Shown here: in pieces, positions 10,267 through 21,451 of the stretch
How positions within the stretch are numbered: position 1 is the stretch's first letter
How the letters are laid out: every line of letters starts with the position of its first letter
Source of the DNA: Corallochytrium limacisporum Hawaii
Taxonomy: Eukaryota; Protista; Pluriformea
Direction of reading: 5' to 3'
Assembly (NCBI GenBank): GCA_002811645.1
Contig: PDIP01000077.1
Span: 1 to 64,000 of the forward strand
Length of the DNA: 64,000 nucleotides
Notes under the pieces: model-generated
What the model was told of the DNA's origin: nothing
The model's database searches: none
Seen by the model: only the letters and a program-made list of their open reading frames with translations
Position numbers and translations under genes: made by a program

Positions 10267-11181
10267 TTTGTGGTCGCTGATCAACAGCTGTGCGCCAGCC
10301 GACTGTGTTAAGAATTGATCGATTGAACTCAGAGACGGCTCACTTCCGTATCTCTTCCTTTTTATACCGTGGGCTTTGATATATCTCTTGATGCCATCAT
10401 TATTCTTTTCATCTTGAATCACCAACTGCCTGGGGGGCGTGGCATCTCTGTGTGCTCAATCGAGTATGCTTTGGCGGTCCATCGCCTAACCTTTTCCCTT
10501 GTTGCCTATCCAATAACCCCCCCCGGGGGGCGGGGGGGGGAATTGCAACTGCACAGAGTGTTGCCCCCGCCGCTCGCCAAGAAACACATTCACAGCCACA
10601 CAGCAAAGAGGGGGGTACTGACACCCAGGATGACACTGCAGCCTGCTTTGTATATAAAGTCTATTGGGTTTTCTACCTCAGACTGCGGCTTCGTCCCTAC
10701 CTCGATCGAGACCACCCGTTCTCCTCCATTTTTCTCTTAATGTTTCGTTGTGATATCACCTTGCCCCCCCCCCTTCTTCCTCTCCTCCTCTCCGCTGGAG
10801 ACCCGTTTCCACTGTCTACGGTATTTACTATAGGCGTTGTTTTACCAAGGTCCAACACGTCTCTTCCACTTCTTCCAAGTTTCCTGTTCCCCCCCCCGCC
10901 CTGCCCTGTTCAAGAACTAGCAGGGACATGAATAGAATGAGAAAATTTATTTTCCATCGCGCCATCGAGCGGCAGACAACCTGAATAGCCATATGTTTAC
11001 TATTCAACGCGAGCTATGATATGGCGGGGAGGAGGTGTCAAAATTTTCTTTCAATGGTTTCACTCGCTGTCTCTGACTGTGTGTGTCGATGACTCGCCCG
11101 GTCAAGAGATAAGGATCCCTCCCTCCCCTCTCTCCCTCTCCCCCTCCCCTTTTCGTCCTTTTAATCGCTGCAGCAGACACG

Positions 11182-11257
11182 ATGGTGGGGACTGGCTTTT
11201 ATATGTATGGTGGGGACTGGCTTTTGTATGTATGGTGGGGACTGGCCTTTATTGTGT
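11182..11257. repeat. 25-bp tandem repeat, three copies (atggtggggactggcttttatatgt)
   Basis: Units start at 11182, 11207 and 11232. Confidence 0.9.
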
Positions 11258-12245
11258 ATGTCTGCAGCAGAGCCGTTGGCCGAAACCGGCTTTGGTGCCG
11301 GGGGTGGTGGTGTTGTTATGCGGTCGGGGAAGCTGGGGATTCATCGTGATGAAGTGGGAGTCCTCACCCATGTCCTTTGTTGTGCTGTGTTGTGGTGTGC
11401 CCAGTCACCAACCCTAGCATGGCATGCATTGAGTACTCATCATGTGGCCATCGACATCGGTACGGGCAATGCGTGCTGCAGTGCATTACAATGGTCTGCA
11501 AGTGAAAGCGGTGTGGTGGGCCAAAGGGGGAGGGGGTTGGCCATGGCAGACGGTACTGCCGCCTAGGGTAGTCTGGTAGCGTTTTGGACGGTGTCGGTCT
11601 GTATTTGGCTGCCGCTGGCAAGAGATTTCGCCGCTGCCGCTCAAACGGCAAAATCCACCCGTAGGCGCGATGTCTTCCTACTCCTGTCCGTTCCTCAGTT
11701 GTCTTCTCGTTCTGCCAAGAGTCTACACTCCCTAGTGAAAATGATGAGCGAACCGGCTGGCTGGTGGCGGGAGGGCATTTTTCCCCTCGTACGGAACCTG
11801 GGCACGCAAAAGTCCCAAGGGAGGAAGTGAGTGACCGGGGAGGAAGACAAGGAAGAAATGGATGGTTTTTGGGGGAGGGTGAGAGCGGTGAGGCGGAGGA
11901 CGCTCCGGCTCCGGTTGCACTGGGTCAGGCTGTCCAAATTGGAACACTTCTTAGGGATTGACTGTGCAAATGTTTAGCATTTTGATGAGCGCCTTCACAA
12001 CACCAGACTTTGCAAAGTGATCAAATCTTCCCCGAACTCCCAAGGAACTTAATCCCCAACACAAAAGAGGGAGCTGAAAGGATGTCATTGAGAGCACCCT
12101 GTCATTGTCTGCTTGCACGTACCCAACGCTGTTGCTAACGCTGTTTTCTGATTGTGATCTACTGGTTTGCTAAGAATGTTATTGATATATATATATATAT
12201 ATATATGTGTTTGGCATGGCTTGATGAGCAAAAGGTTCGTGTGCC

Positions 12246-14849
12246 TTATCTATCATCAAAGTTTGCATAATGAAGTGGGAAGTGGCCCAGCCACTTTGTG
12301 AACTCGGCGATGCACCGCTCACGCTTTGCCACATGATCAGGGGCATGAGAGATACCCTTGCCATAGTCCTTGATCACAGAGCGATCACGGGTTCTAGCCG
12401 GGACAGCCATCGGAGGCTCCTGGTATTCCTCGCCAAAGACAAAGTTGATAAGAATGTCCTCACAGTTGCGGACCTCGTCCACCAAGTTTTTGAGGTAGTT
12501 GGGTACGCGCTTCTGGTATCGGTGCAAGAGTTCACCCCCAAAGAATCCGGAACTTGGAAGAACCATGTTGTAGTGGTTCTGGCGGCGCGCATCCCGTTCG
12601 TGACCGTAACGGAAGACTCCATTCAAATCAGGGTAAATGACACGCGGGAGGAAGCCGGTCAGGCGCTCAGGATGGCTACGCCAGTTTATGAAACCACGCT
12701 CCACATCCTCGCAAGGAATCAAAATATCATCATCCACGCTGAAGATGGCAGACGCGACCGCATTGTACGGCCAAACAGCACCATCAGCGTAGTCTCCGTT
12801 TGGCACCTCTTTCCAGCGATTGTTCATCGAGTTCACATGCTCCGTACGGATGTAGACGGGGATGGACAGATTGTCAGCATCCAGGTCCTCAACGAGGTCC
12901 GGGATCATATCGGTCGTGTTTTGCCAGACGAGTACAACCTCAGTGAACGCGTCACAGCGGGTGTAATGGGCCAAAGCCTCACGCAGCAAGGGCAAACGTC
13001 CGTGATGTGTCACGATCATGGCCGTGAAACCACCGTGGCTACCATCTTGCACATCGTGACGTCCAGTGTCAAAGTAGAATGGTGCCCAATAGTAGGAGTA
13101 TCCAAAGACAAAGGCCGTCACAACCGCCATAGCTAGGTAGAAGAGGACATTACGGATATTCATGGCTCGACCAATGCCAGTCCTCGAATCAGAATTCACA
13201 CGTATCTTGCGATCCATATGCTCCAAGTCCCGGACATCAGGGCTGGACACGGACTCCGTGTCGCTTCCGCGTTCACTGTCACTGACGCTGGTAGCGCGCT
13301 GGCGGGTGGTCATTTTCATGGAACCCAGATTTGGTGCACGCTTCAGGTTAATGATGGTCCGGCTGTTGCGCAAATCCTCGTACCGCCCACTGCCCCGACG
13401 GTGCTCATCGGGGTCGTGGGTAGGCAATAATTCGTGTGTGTGAACTCCAGACATACGGAGGGCTATAGACGGGCCCACACCGAACCTCTTGAGCAGCAGC
13501 ACAATCAGTCCCATGACGAGCATGGCAGCGCTAAGGTACGCAAAAATCGGCAGCAGAATGTGAATAATGGACCAAGACTGCAATTGCAGACCTTGAACAT
13601 AAACGTAGACGCGGTCCCTATTATCCCAGTCCCGCTGGATTTCCAGCTCAACCCGGCCGAAACCTAACGAGTTCCATGTCCATTCGGCCACGCCAGGCAG
13701 CACCTGAATGTACATTTCAATTCCCGTCTTGATTTCTCTATATTCAGTTGCGCCAAGGGAAAGCACCTCAAATAGTTCCAGGCGCATCTCCTCCTGAATC
13801 CAACCCCCATGGGCCCGCTGATCGGAGCGGGCTTCCTTGGTAAAGACGGGGCGGTAGTACTTACCATTAATCGCAAGCACCCGTCCAGCAGAACCAGGCA
13901 GGCGCGGGTAAGCACGGCGATCGCACCGCACAAGCGGATCGTTGGCGATGCCGCAGAAGTGCGGGTGGGCGTGCCACTGGCCAGTAATGCCGTTGGAGTT
14001 GTTGAAGATGACCATGGTGTCCTCACTGTTGTTACCCATGAGGAAGAGTTCACATTTGAGGTCTTCTTTGTTCTGATGCAGACAGCCCGCTGGCGATGTC
14101 AGAACGCTCATTCGATTCAGCGACTGAGTTGCTGCCATGTATCCCGGTTTGAGCTTGCTGTTCGTCTCATCAAGCTCCATTATCCAGGTTCCATCGTCAT
14201 GTGCAAAACTAACAAATACGTACACCACACCACGAAATTCTAGGGGGGTAGCAGATACCATTTTTGCTTCGTTCATGGCCTCAGGCAGTTCGAGTTGGGA
14301 AGAGTTCCACGTTACGCCTCCGTCGGTACTCCTTAGGAATGCCAAGTGTTGATTGTTTACTAAGGTCACAGCCTTCACTACATGCTTTCTGCCAGCCCCA
14401 TGATCATCATGACTGGTCTGAACAATGCTCATCTCCCGAACTTGGGCTCCCGTGTTGTGACACCCAATGACCGGGTTCACGGCATAGGCTCCTGTGAGTT
14501 GTGTCATATCTTGGTATCTGTGCGGTGTGTTCTCCATGGGCAGCAGAGGGTGAGCATCATGACTTACCGCAATACTGCGACCTTGTTGTGCAAACCAGCG
14601 CCAGTTGCGTTCCTCTGTCTCGTGGCCCATCAGTTCAGGGACTGTGGGGCCGACATAGAGACCGACGCTAATGTGGTGCGGATCATCGTCACCTCCTTTG
14701 CACACGGGTGACAGAGGTGCATAAGTGGAACTAGGGGAGAGGTTTCCAAATAATGTAATCGCCGCAAGAATAGTACCAATACACAGGTAGATTAAAATTC
14801 GAACAGCCCAGCCAGAGCTCAGCTGCCGAAGTAGCTTGACGGCCGTCAT
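12246..14849 (-). CDS. GINT1: GT64 glycosyltransferase with N-terminal beta-propeller; glucosamine inositolphosphorylceramide transferase (GINT1)-like
   Basis: N-terminal TM; propeller motifs like plant GINT1 (SVGLYVG, NPVIGC, RSTDGGVTW, GQWHAHP, AGRVLAINGKYYR, EYREI); two internal TMs; C-terminal exostosin-type GT64 domain (NSMNNRW, SVDDD, GFLPR, RNCEDILINF, KRERCI). Confidence 0.82.
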   Translation of the reverse strand: MTAVKLLRQLSSGWAVRILIYLCIGTILAAITLFGNLSPSSTYAPLSPVCKGGDDDPHHISVGLYVGPTVPELMGHETEERNWRWFAQQGRSIAVSHDAHPLLPMENTPHRYQDMTQLTGAYAVNPVIGCHNTGAQVREMSIVQTSHDDHGAGRKHVVKAVTLVNNQHLAFLRSTDGGVTWNSSQLELPEAMNEAKMVSATPLEFRGVVYVFVSFAHDDGTWIMELDETNSKLKPGYMAATQSLNRMSVLTSPAGCLHQNKEDLKCELFLMGNNSEDTMVIFNNSNGITGQWHAHPHFCGIANDPLVRCDRRAYPRLPGSAGRVLAINGKYYRPVFTKEARSDQRAHGGWIQEEMRLELFEVLSLGATEYREIKTGIEMYIQVLPGVAEWTWNSLGFGRVELEIQRDWDNRDRVYVYVQGLQLQSWSIIHILLPIFAYLSAAMLVMGLIVLLLKRFGVGPSIALRMSGVHTHELLPTHDPDEHRRGSGRYEDLRNSRTIINLKRAPNLGSMKMTTRQRATSVSDSERGSDTESVSSPDVRDLEHMDRKIRVNSDSRTGIGRAMNIRNVLFYLAMAVVTAFVFGYSYYWAPFYFDTGRHDVQDGSHGGFTAMIVTHHGRLPLLREALAHYTRCDAFTEVVLVWQNTTDMIPDLVEDLDADNLSIPVYIRTEHVNSMNNRWKEVPNGDYADGAVWPYNAVASAIFSVDDDILIPCEDVERGFINWRSHPERLTGFLPRVIYPDLNGVFRYGHERDARRQNHYNMVLPSSGFFGGELLHRYQKRVPNYLKNLVDEVRNCEDILINFVFGEEYQEPPMAVPARTRDRSVIKDYGKGISHAPDHVAKRERCIAEFTKWLGHFPLHYANFDDR

Positions 14850-15440
14850 ACTCTACCAGTTTTACGTAAAACTTTTTCCTCGTTTGTCACTGTGCCAGCA
14901 CAGACCTTGTTCCTGTTCTATTATGTCGAGGCATTCATTTCGTTTATGTGCACCCTTGGACTGTAAAACACTGTTCAATAGTCGCTGTTCTCAGTCCACG
15001 TTTCGTCGTTTCTGTTGGATAAACGATTACACTGTTTTCGGAACTTGCTATTCCCTCCGAATACCTTCCACCACGAACACTCAGATCCAAACACATATTG
15101 TCGACACGGCCATGCCACACTCAATGTACTGCCCCGGTATTTAAAGTAGACACAGCGCCAGCAGATTTGGGGCCACTTCTGTAATTTGTCCATGCGTATG
15201 CGATAGTGCGTGGGTACTGGGGTGCGTGTAGAGATGCGAATTGGCATATGAAACACTTGATAACCAACATAGGAATTGAAAATCTGGCGAACCACTCAAA
15301 ACGAAACCCCCCGCGGGAGCTCTCCTCTCCCCTTTCGCCACTCCTCTCTGGGGATTTCTACTCTCTCGGTTTTTTTCCCTGCGTTCTCTTGGTCCGGAGA
15401 CAGTGCGGATGACTTTGTAAGAGGGTACTTACACCCCACC

Positions 15441-15457
15441 ACACACACACACACACA

Positions 15458-15531
<74 letters not shown>

Positions 15532-15615
15532 CTCTCTCTCTCTTTCTCTCTCTCTCTGTCTCTCTGTCTCTCTGTCTCTCTGTCTCTCTGTCTCTCTGTC
15601 TCTCTGTCTCTCTGT
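15441..15615. repeat. Compound microsatellite (AC)n-(TC)n-(TCTCTG/TCTCTCTG)n
   Basis: Directly visible. Confidence 0.95.
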
Positions 15616-17254
15616 AACGAGAAGGGAAGGGAAGATGGGGGGGTTCCGGAGAGCTGCATGGAGAAACTGGTTCCCCCCCCCGGGGGCCCCCCTCTCCAAT
15701 GGTTTCGCCAAGAACTGTATAAAAGCACCTATTTGACATAATATCCTTATTATAGGAACGAAGCCAAAGAGCGAAATCGTAGCGCACATGGTTTGGAGCG
15801 GTCGAAACAAAAAACCTCCGAACGTAACGTTCTCATCAATCGGCGCTATCCGTTCCGCAGAACAACCCTTCTAGCCAAAGCAAAGCAATGGTGAGGGGCG
15901 GGAGTAACAGATTTTTACTCTGACTCTCCAGTGGTGCTGCAATGCTGCCACAATGTGTACCTAATGAATGGAAACCAACTGTCTTCTTCTTGTTTCTGTC
16001 TTCTGTTCCATTTTCTATTTCTACGCCTTCATTTACGCCACCCGACCTACCTCTCTCTCTCTCTCTCTCTCTCGCTCTCTCGTTTATATTCACCAATCCT
16101 GTATCCTGAGTGAAATGATGGCAGTTTCGAAAAAAAAAATAAAACGGCCATGTTCGGTTCTGGTCGGATGCCGCGCGTCGGTCAGCGCGTCCTTGCGAGT
16201 TTCGTGTCGAGGATTGCGTGGGTGTTGGTGCGAGACTTAAGGTGTGCGAATGGTGCGATTTGGTGTCTGTGTTTCCCACTTTCCAATTCTTTTTCTCTCT
16301 CCTCTTCTTCTTCTTCTCTGGTCCGACTTGTCGTGCGCGTCTTGGGCCTATTGCTCTGTTACCCCCAGAAACAATGGAAGGGAAGAAGAAAAAAAGACCA
16401 AAGGGAGGATGAATAGAAGGGAAGGACTGCCCGGGGGTGGGGGGTGGGGAGCCAATCCCCGGTGAGGATTTTTAAGTGATTCAGTCGAGGGCCTAACCAT
16501 GTTTCGTACAATATGTATAATAAGGAGGCCAGTGGGATAACACAGAAGTCTGCGATATGAAGTTGTAGGGGTGCGGACAGAACGACCAAAAAACAAAAAA
16601 AACAAAAGTAAAATACAGATTCTCTATCGCAACACCTGGCTCAAACAGTTCCTCGGATCAAGAAAATCAATCAGTACGGAACGAGCGTGAAGTCGCCTCA
16701 CTTTGGTCCTCCAACCCCCCCCCTCCACCCCGGCCTGCTCTCTCGCCACTGCTACCACATTGTTCTCTTTCACCAAATTGTACGAGAGACAGGAGGGCAA
16801 GGGGGGGGGGGAAGGTTTAAAAGGGGATGTGTTTGCCTCATGTGCCCAAAAAGAAAAAAAAAATAGAAAAAGAAAACGGTTCTTGTTTTGTTTTGTTTTG
16901 TTTTGTTTTTGCCTTCGTGCTCCTTCCTCTGTCGGGTCGATGAAAGAACTAAAATCAGAGTAGAGAATATATGGATCTTTGAGTTTCTGACCTTGCTGGG
17001 TCCTCGTATCACACGCACTCTCTCTGCTGGTATAAAATGAATTAAAATTTCGTTGAATTGCTTGGCACTCAGTCTGCGCGCTTTCGCAAGGGTTCCCTCA
17101 AAGAATTTTTCGGCCGCCGAGTAGCCCACCAACCTTTAAACAGCACACACACAGGCACGCATAGGCCCCATCCTCTCGCCTACCTGGATATGACATCAGT
17201 ATGGGCCCTTCACACACACATACATACACACACACACCCCCCACAGGCCAGGCT

Positions 17255-17288
17255 ATCCATCCATCCATCCATCCATCCATCCATCCAT
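17255..17288. repeat. (ATCC)n microsatellite
   Basis: About eight ATCC units. Confidence 0.9.
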
Positions 17289-18551
17289 CGGTTAGACCCA
17301 TTCTATAATATGTGATTTCCTTTCTCTGGTGGCTGTTCGCTGTGGGGCGGCGGCCTCCCGAAGATGGATGAGAAAATTGCACCGGTGTTGTAATCAGCAG
17401 AAGGTAAGGGAGGAGGGGGGACCACCAGTCCAGTCCCCCCCCCAACCCCCCCAACCCCCCCTTTGTCTCCTCTTCCCACCCCTTTTCCCGTTAATAACCA
17501 AAGATGGCCTTTCGCTGGTTCATCAGTTCGCAATGTTCCTTTGGGGTTGTGAAATGGTTGGGGGTTGGTGTCCATGATGAGATGGATAGGGATGAGTGAG
17601 CTCACACGGAAAACCTTCTTGGTAACAGAAACTGATAGTAGTACTTTGTATTCGAAATGGACGTTACGTCCTTGATTCGTATTCAGATACTTAACTCACA
17701 CGCAGTGTACCAGATTCCTGTATCCTTATCCCCGCTCTCGTCTGTCGCAACAGAATCTCTTCTGGTTGTCACTCACAACGCCTCTCCCCCCGTCTCCTCT
17801 GAGGCCATTTGGTGGTTTACTAGGGAAACTATACCGCGGTTCCGTCGTATCAAATCAAATTCCGCTTCCGATTCGCTAGTGCCAGTGGCTACCTGCGAGA
17901 AAAGTTTTAGGTTTGTCGTGGGTTTTCATTTTCGTTGCCCAACTCGTTGGTCAAAGTGACCATCAGCTGAGTACTGATTGGACCGGAAAGATCTCCTGAC
18001 CCACCACGACGCGCATCTGCCTCTCGGTTTGCTTTGGTCCGTGACCGCGCCCACCGCACCCGTAAGAAAAAAAATCATCTCACGCCAGAAAGAAACTGAC
18101 AAGACATCCTCTCCGCTCATCGGTTCATTCAACACTGAAGATACAAACGTGAAGGTGGAAGAGAGTCTTGGCCGACTACGTGTCACCTGCACATCTTTCG
18201 TCCTGAGCTGGACAAATTCACAGCAGGCTCTCTCGCTCTCTCTCTCTTGCCCCCCCCTTCCCCCCCCCCCCGCGAGGAGAGAAAATTGTTTTCCGTGTAT
18301 ATATGAACACGGGCCTGCAGTGTAATGCTCTCTATCCGCCGACCTCTCCCTCCACACCCCCACTTCACCAGCCGCGTGCGTTCACACAAAGAAAAATTTG
18401 CTTCACATGCGGCGCAGCAAAAGGGGAGTTTGGGGGGGGACTCGAGAGTTGACACTCGAGAAAATGAAATCTGATTACATATATACGAATCAATGGGATC
18501 TATATAATCTATGGTGGTGGTTTTTCAGCGGGTTGGTGAGGAGGGGGGGTT

Positions 18552-20039
18552 TCACACTGGTTGCTCCCGCACATAGCTTTCGGCCACCACCTTCTTCTGG
18601 AGTCCCAGGGCTCCACGTTTCTTGGTAGCATCCAGTGTTTCTTTACTCGAGTCACGACCGAGGTAGATGGTGCGACATCCTTTGCACAGAAGCCAGAATT
18701 TGGTGCAACCGAAGCAGCATGCTATCGCAGGTCCACAGATGTAATTGTCCTCGTTAATGTCCAGACAGACATCTCCCCGTGATGTGCGGTCGCAGACGGC
18801 GACGCTGGTGAAGACGTTAAGGAAATCTTTGTAGGCCATAAAGAAGCGGCCATCGTTTGCCTTTTGCATCTTTACCTTCTTGGCAATGTTTGGATGCTTC
18901 TTCCAGATCGGAGAATCGTCGCTCCAATCTCCCTTCCACTCATTGTCACCGTGCGGGTTCCGCAGCTCCACGAGCTTGATCTTGCCTTTGTTAAAGCTGT
19001 GTACATTGAGCAAGGTGTATGCATGGCATGTGATGATGCCCAACTGTGCCATCTTCACCTCATCAGGGTGATCAGTGGCACATGACATAACTGCACGGTT
19101 CCTATCATACTTGGATAGCAAGACCCACAGCTGATTGTCTGCGTACTCCTCGTCCAGGCGTTTATAAAACTTGAAGTCCTCGCCTGGCTTGGGGTCGGCC
19201 AGGTCGGCACGGTACCACGTCTTTCTGTCCCTGTCGTATTTGAGACGAAAACAATGGTCTCCTGTGATAATTCGCCAAGCAATCACTTCCCAGCCACCAT
19301 TCAAGGCCGCACAGCTACCGAAGTACTTTGCCATGGCCTTTTCCAGCATCAGCACCCACAATTCCCGGCCATTGGGGCTGGTGAAAATCGGCCGTTTCTT
19401 GATCACGGGAATGTAGCTATCCACAGTGTACGTCCTGAAACGCTTCTTGAAGACATCATACAGGCGTACATTGTACTTTCCACGTATGCTGCGTTCGCGG
19501 GTCTCAAATACGTTTCGGATGGACGCTGGATGCTCCGCCAAGGCAGACAGTGCAGCCAGGAGCCAGCAGTCGCCAAGCTTGCCCTGCCGAATATCATTGG
19601 GCTCAATCTTGCCTTGGAAGAGACAGGGACGCTGTGACTTTTTTATATTCGGGTTCCGTGGGGGAAGTACTTCTTCAGCCCGTACCCACTCGACCTTTTT
19701 GAAGTCGATTGCCTCCTTGAGCTCGTCAATTTCCTCGATCGCTTTGATGGCGAAGAAGCTGAGGTCTTGGTCGGTCTTAATCTTGCCATCTCCACTCAAG
19801 GAGGTCATGTCCGGAGGAAACGCTTTGTCAGTATACTGAATACACGAGTGTATGCAGCAACATAGAAGAAAGCCTAGCCGCTCTATGTACACCCCAATGC
19901 ACGGGAACAAGTAGGCCCGCAATGACCGCCAGATCAGCACAAAAGGTGAAGCCAAGAGGTTCCACAGCCAAAAGTCGGCAGTCCCCCAACAGACACCATT
20001 GCAACTTTTGCTGGTCTTCCTACCCTTGCTACCACCCAT
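18552..20039 (-). CDS. Calpain-family cysteine protease (CysPc domain only) with Cys-rich hydrophobic flanks
   Basis: Catalytic motifs QGKLGDCWLLAAL, HAYTLL and LRNPHG; also LEKAMAK and WKGDWSD; N-terminal MG. Confidence 0.92.
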   Translation of the reverse strand: MGGSKGRKTSKSCNGVCWGTADFWLWNLLASPFVLIWRSLRAYLFPCIGVYIERLGFLLCCCIHSCIQYTDKAFPPDMTSLSGDGKIKTDQDLSFFAIKAIEEIDELKEAIDFKKVEWVRAEEVLPPRNPNIKKSQRPCLFQGKIEPNDIRQGKLGDCWLLAALSALAEHPASIRNVFETRERSIRGKYNVRLYDVFKKRFRTYTVDSYIPVIKKRPIFTSPNGRELWVLMLEKAMAKYFGSCAALNGGWEVIAWRIITGDHCFRLKYDRDRKTWYRADLADPKPGEDFKFYKRLDEEYADNQLWVLLSKYDRNRAVMSCATDHPDEVKMAQLGIITCHAYTLLNVHSFNKGKIKLVELRNPHGDNEWKGDWSDDSPIWKKHPNIAKKVKMQKANDGRFFMAYKDFLNVFTSVAVCDRTSRGDVCLDINEDNYICGPAIACCFGCTKFWLLCKGCRTIYLGRDSSKETLDATKKRGALGLQKKVVAESYVREQPV

Positions 20040-21046
20040 GGTGCCTTGGGATCGAGTCTAGTGAAAGCTACTTGCCACCTCGCAAGTTGCGTTGCTAACG
20101 GGCGTTGGTCTGATCACTAAGGCTCTTGCTGTAGGTTTAGTACCCTCTTGGGCTCAGATTATAACCTTCTTGGTACGATGTGCGCCACCGCAAAATATAG
20201 TCGCCGCATGTGGATGATATTATTTGGAGCGTGCAGCCTCGTAGTTGTCGTGCGCAGCACAAGTGGTCGACATCTCAGAATGCACTGCCCACGGACCGCA
20301 GTTGCAGGAAATAAATGCCTCGGAGCCCGAATTTGCAGGCGCACGAATATTAAGGGGGTCAACGAAAACTGCAAGGAATTTTTACAATTATATCAGTGTC
20401 CCTCTCGCCAGTGGCGGGGACAACTGAGTGATGCAGTAAGTAATCTCGGTCGAGGCAGTGCCCGGTGGCGATCGAGATGGGTGCTTGCAAAATTTTCCGT
20501 ACTCTCAATACTACCACTATAGCCCGAACCCTCCCGATGAAGGGGTGCTATCGATCCGACACTTGTATCACCAACCAACCAACCAACCCCCCTCCCGACG
20601 CCGGGACGGTAGTTGGGGGCCTCCGGGTGGGTGGGGAAGGAGGGAGGTGTTTGCGTCTCTCTCCTTCGTCGAAGTATTTTCCGAAGATCCCTTTTCTCTC
20701 AGGGGGGGGGTTGGTCGCTGTGGCTTCATCTAAGGTCACTTGCAAAACCGCTCCGGAAGAAGAGGGGCGGGATGCCCTCCTCCCGGCAGCCCTCGTCCGG
20801 ACGACGGGCAAAGTGGTTGGTATTTTCGAGGGCGGACTCATCGGAGTCTATTTTTGGGCCCCACAGCCAGTCGCTTGCTGGTGTGTTTGTGTGGACCTGT
20901 TCGGGAACGAACGTGGCCAGGTATGCTATGCCCAACATGCTGATCCACCTTAGAAGCATGATTGGTGTGGTATTTGGGATTCGTCTTACCGAATTGATGC
21001 GGAACGTGATTTTCAAAACACCGCAGGGTTCTGGAGGCATTGTGAC

Positions 21047-21451
21047 ATGACATTACCGAGCCTTAAGGTATTGGAGGAACGGTTCGCGGTTGTCCGGTTT
21101 GCTGCGCACGCAGACATTCCACAATGGGCATTCAAATCGAACAGTTTCTTCAGCATTACTAAAACAGATGAGGAGATTTCTATCACCTGCGCAGAAAAAA
21201 GCATCCCTTCAGAGATCCTTGATGACGTATCGACCATTGAGCGACCGTGGGTTGCGATCAAGATACTGGGCCCTTTAGATTTCGGACTCATTGGCATCTT
21301 ATCACATATCTCCAGTACTCTCGCCAAAGCCTCGGTTTCTATCTTCGCCATTTCCACTTACGATACAGACTATGTTCTTGTTAAAGAGGACAAGATAAGT
21401 GAAGCTCTGCCAGCCCTGCGTGACGATGGGTACCTAATCTCGGAACGATGA
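21047..21451 (+). CDS. Small ACT-domain protein (CASTOR_ACT/ACT_7 type)
   Basis: FFSITKTDEEIS, GPLDFGLIGILS, SIFAISTYDTDYVLVK. Confidence 0.9.
   Translation: MTLPSLKVLEERFAVVRFAAHADIPQWAFKSNSFFSITKTDEEISITCAEKSIPSEILDDVSTIERPWVAIKILGPLDFGLIGILSHISSTLAKASVSIFAISTYDTDYVLVKEDKISEALPALRDDGYLISER

Noticed and set aside
12270-13136. Long antisense ORFs (also 30604-31386 and 42774-43679)
   Set aside because: Shadows of codon bias in real genes on the opposite strand.
15276-15810. ORFs rich in ER/SL dipeptides
   Set aside because: Translations of the (TC)n microsatellite.
17575-17636. Possible C/D box snoRNA (ATGATGA...CTGA)
   Set aside because: No terminal stem and no convincing rRNA-complementary guide.
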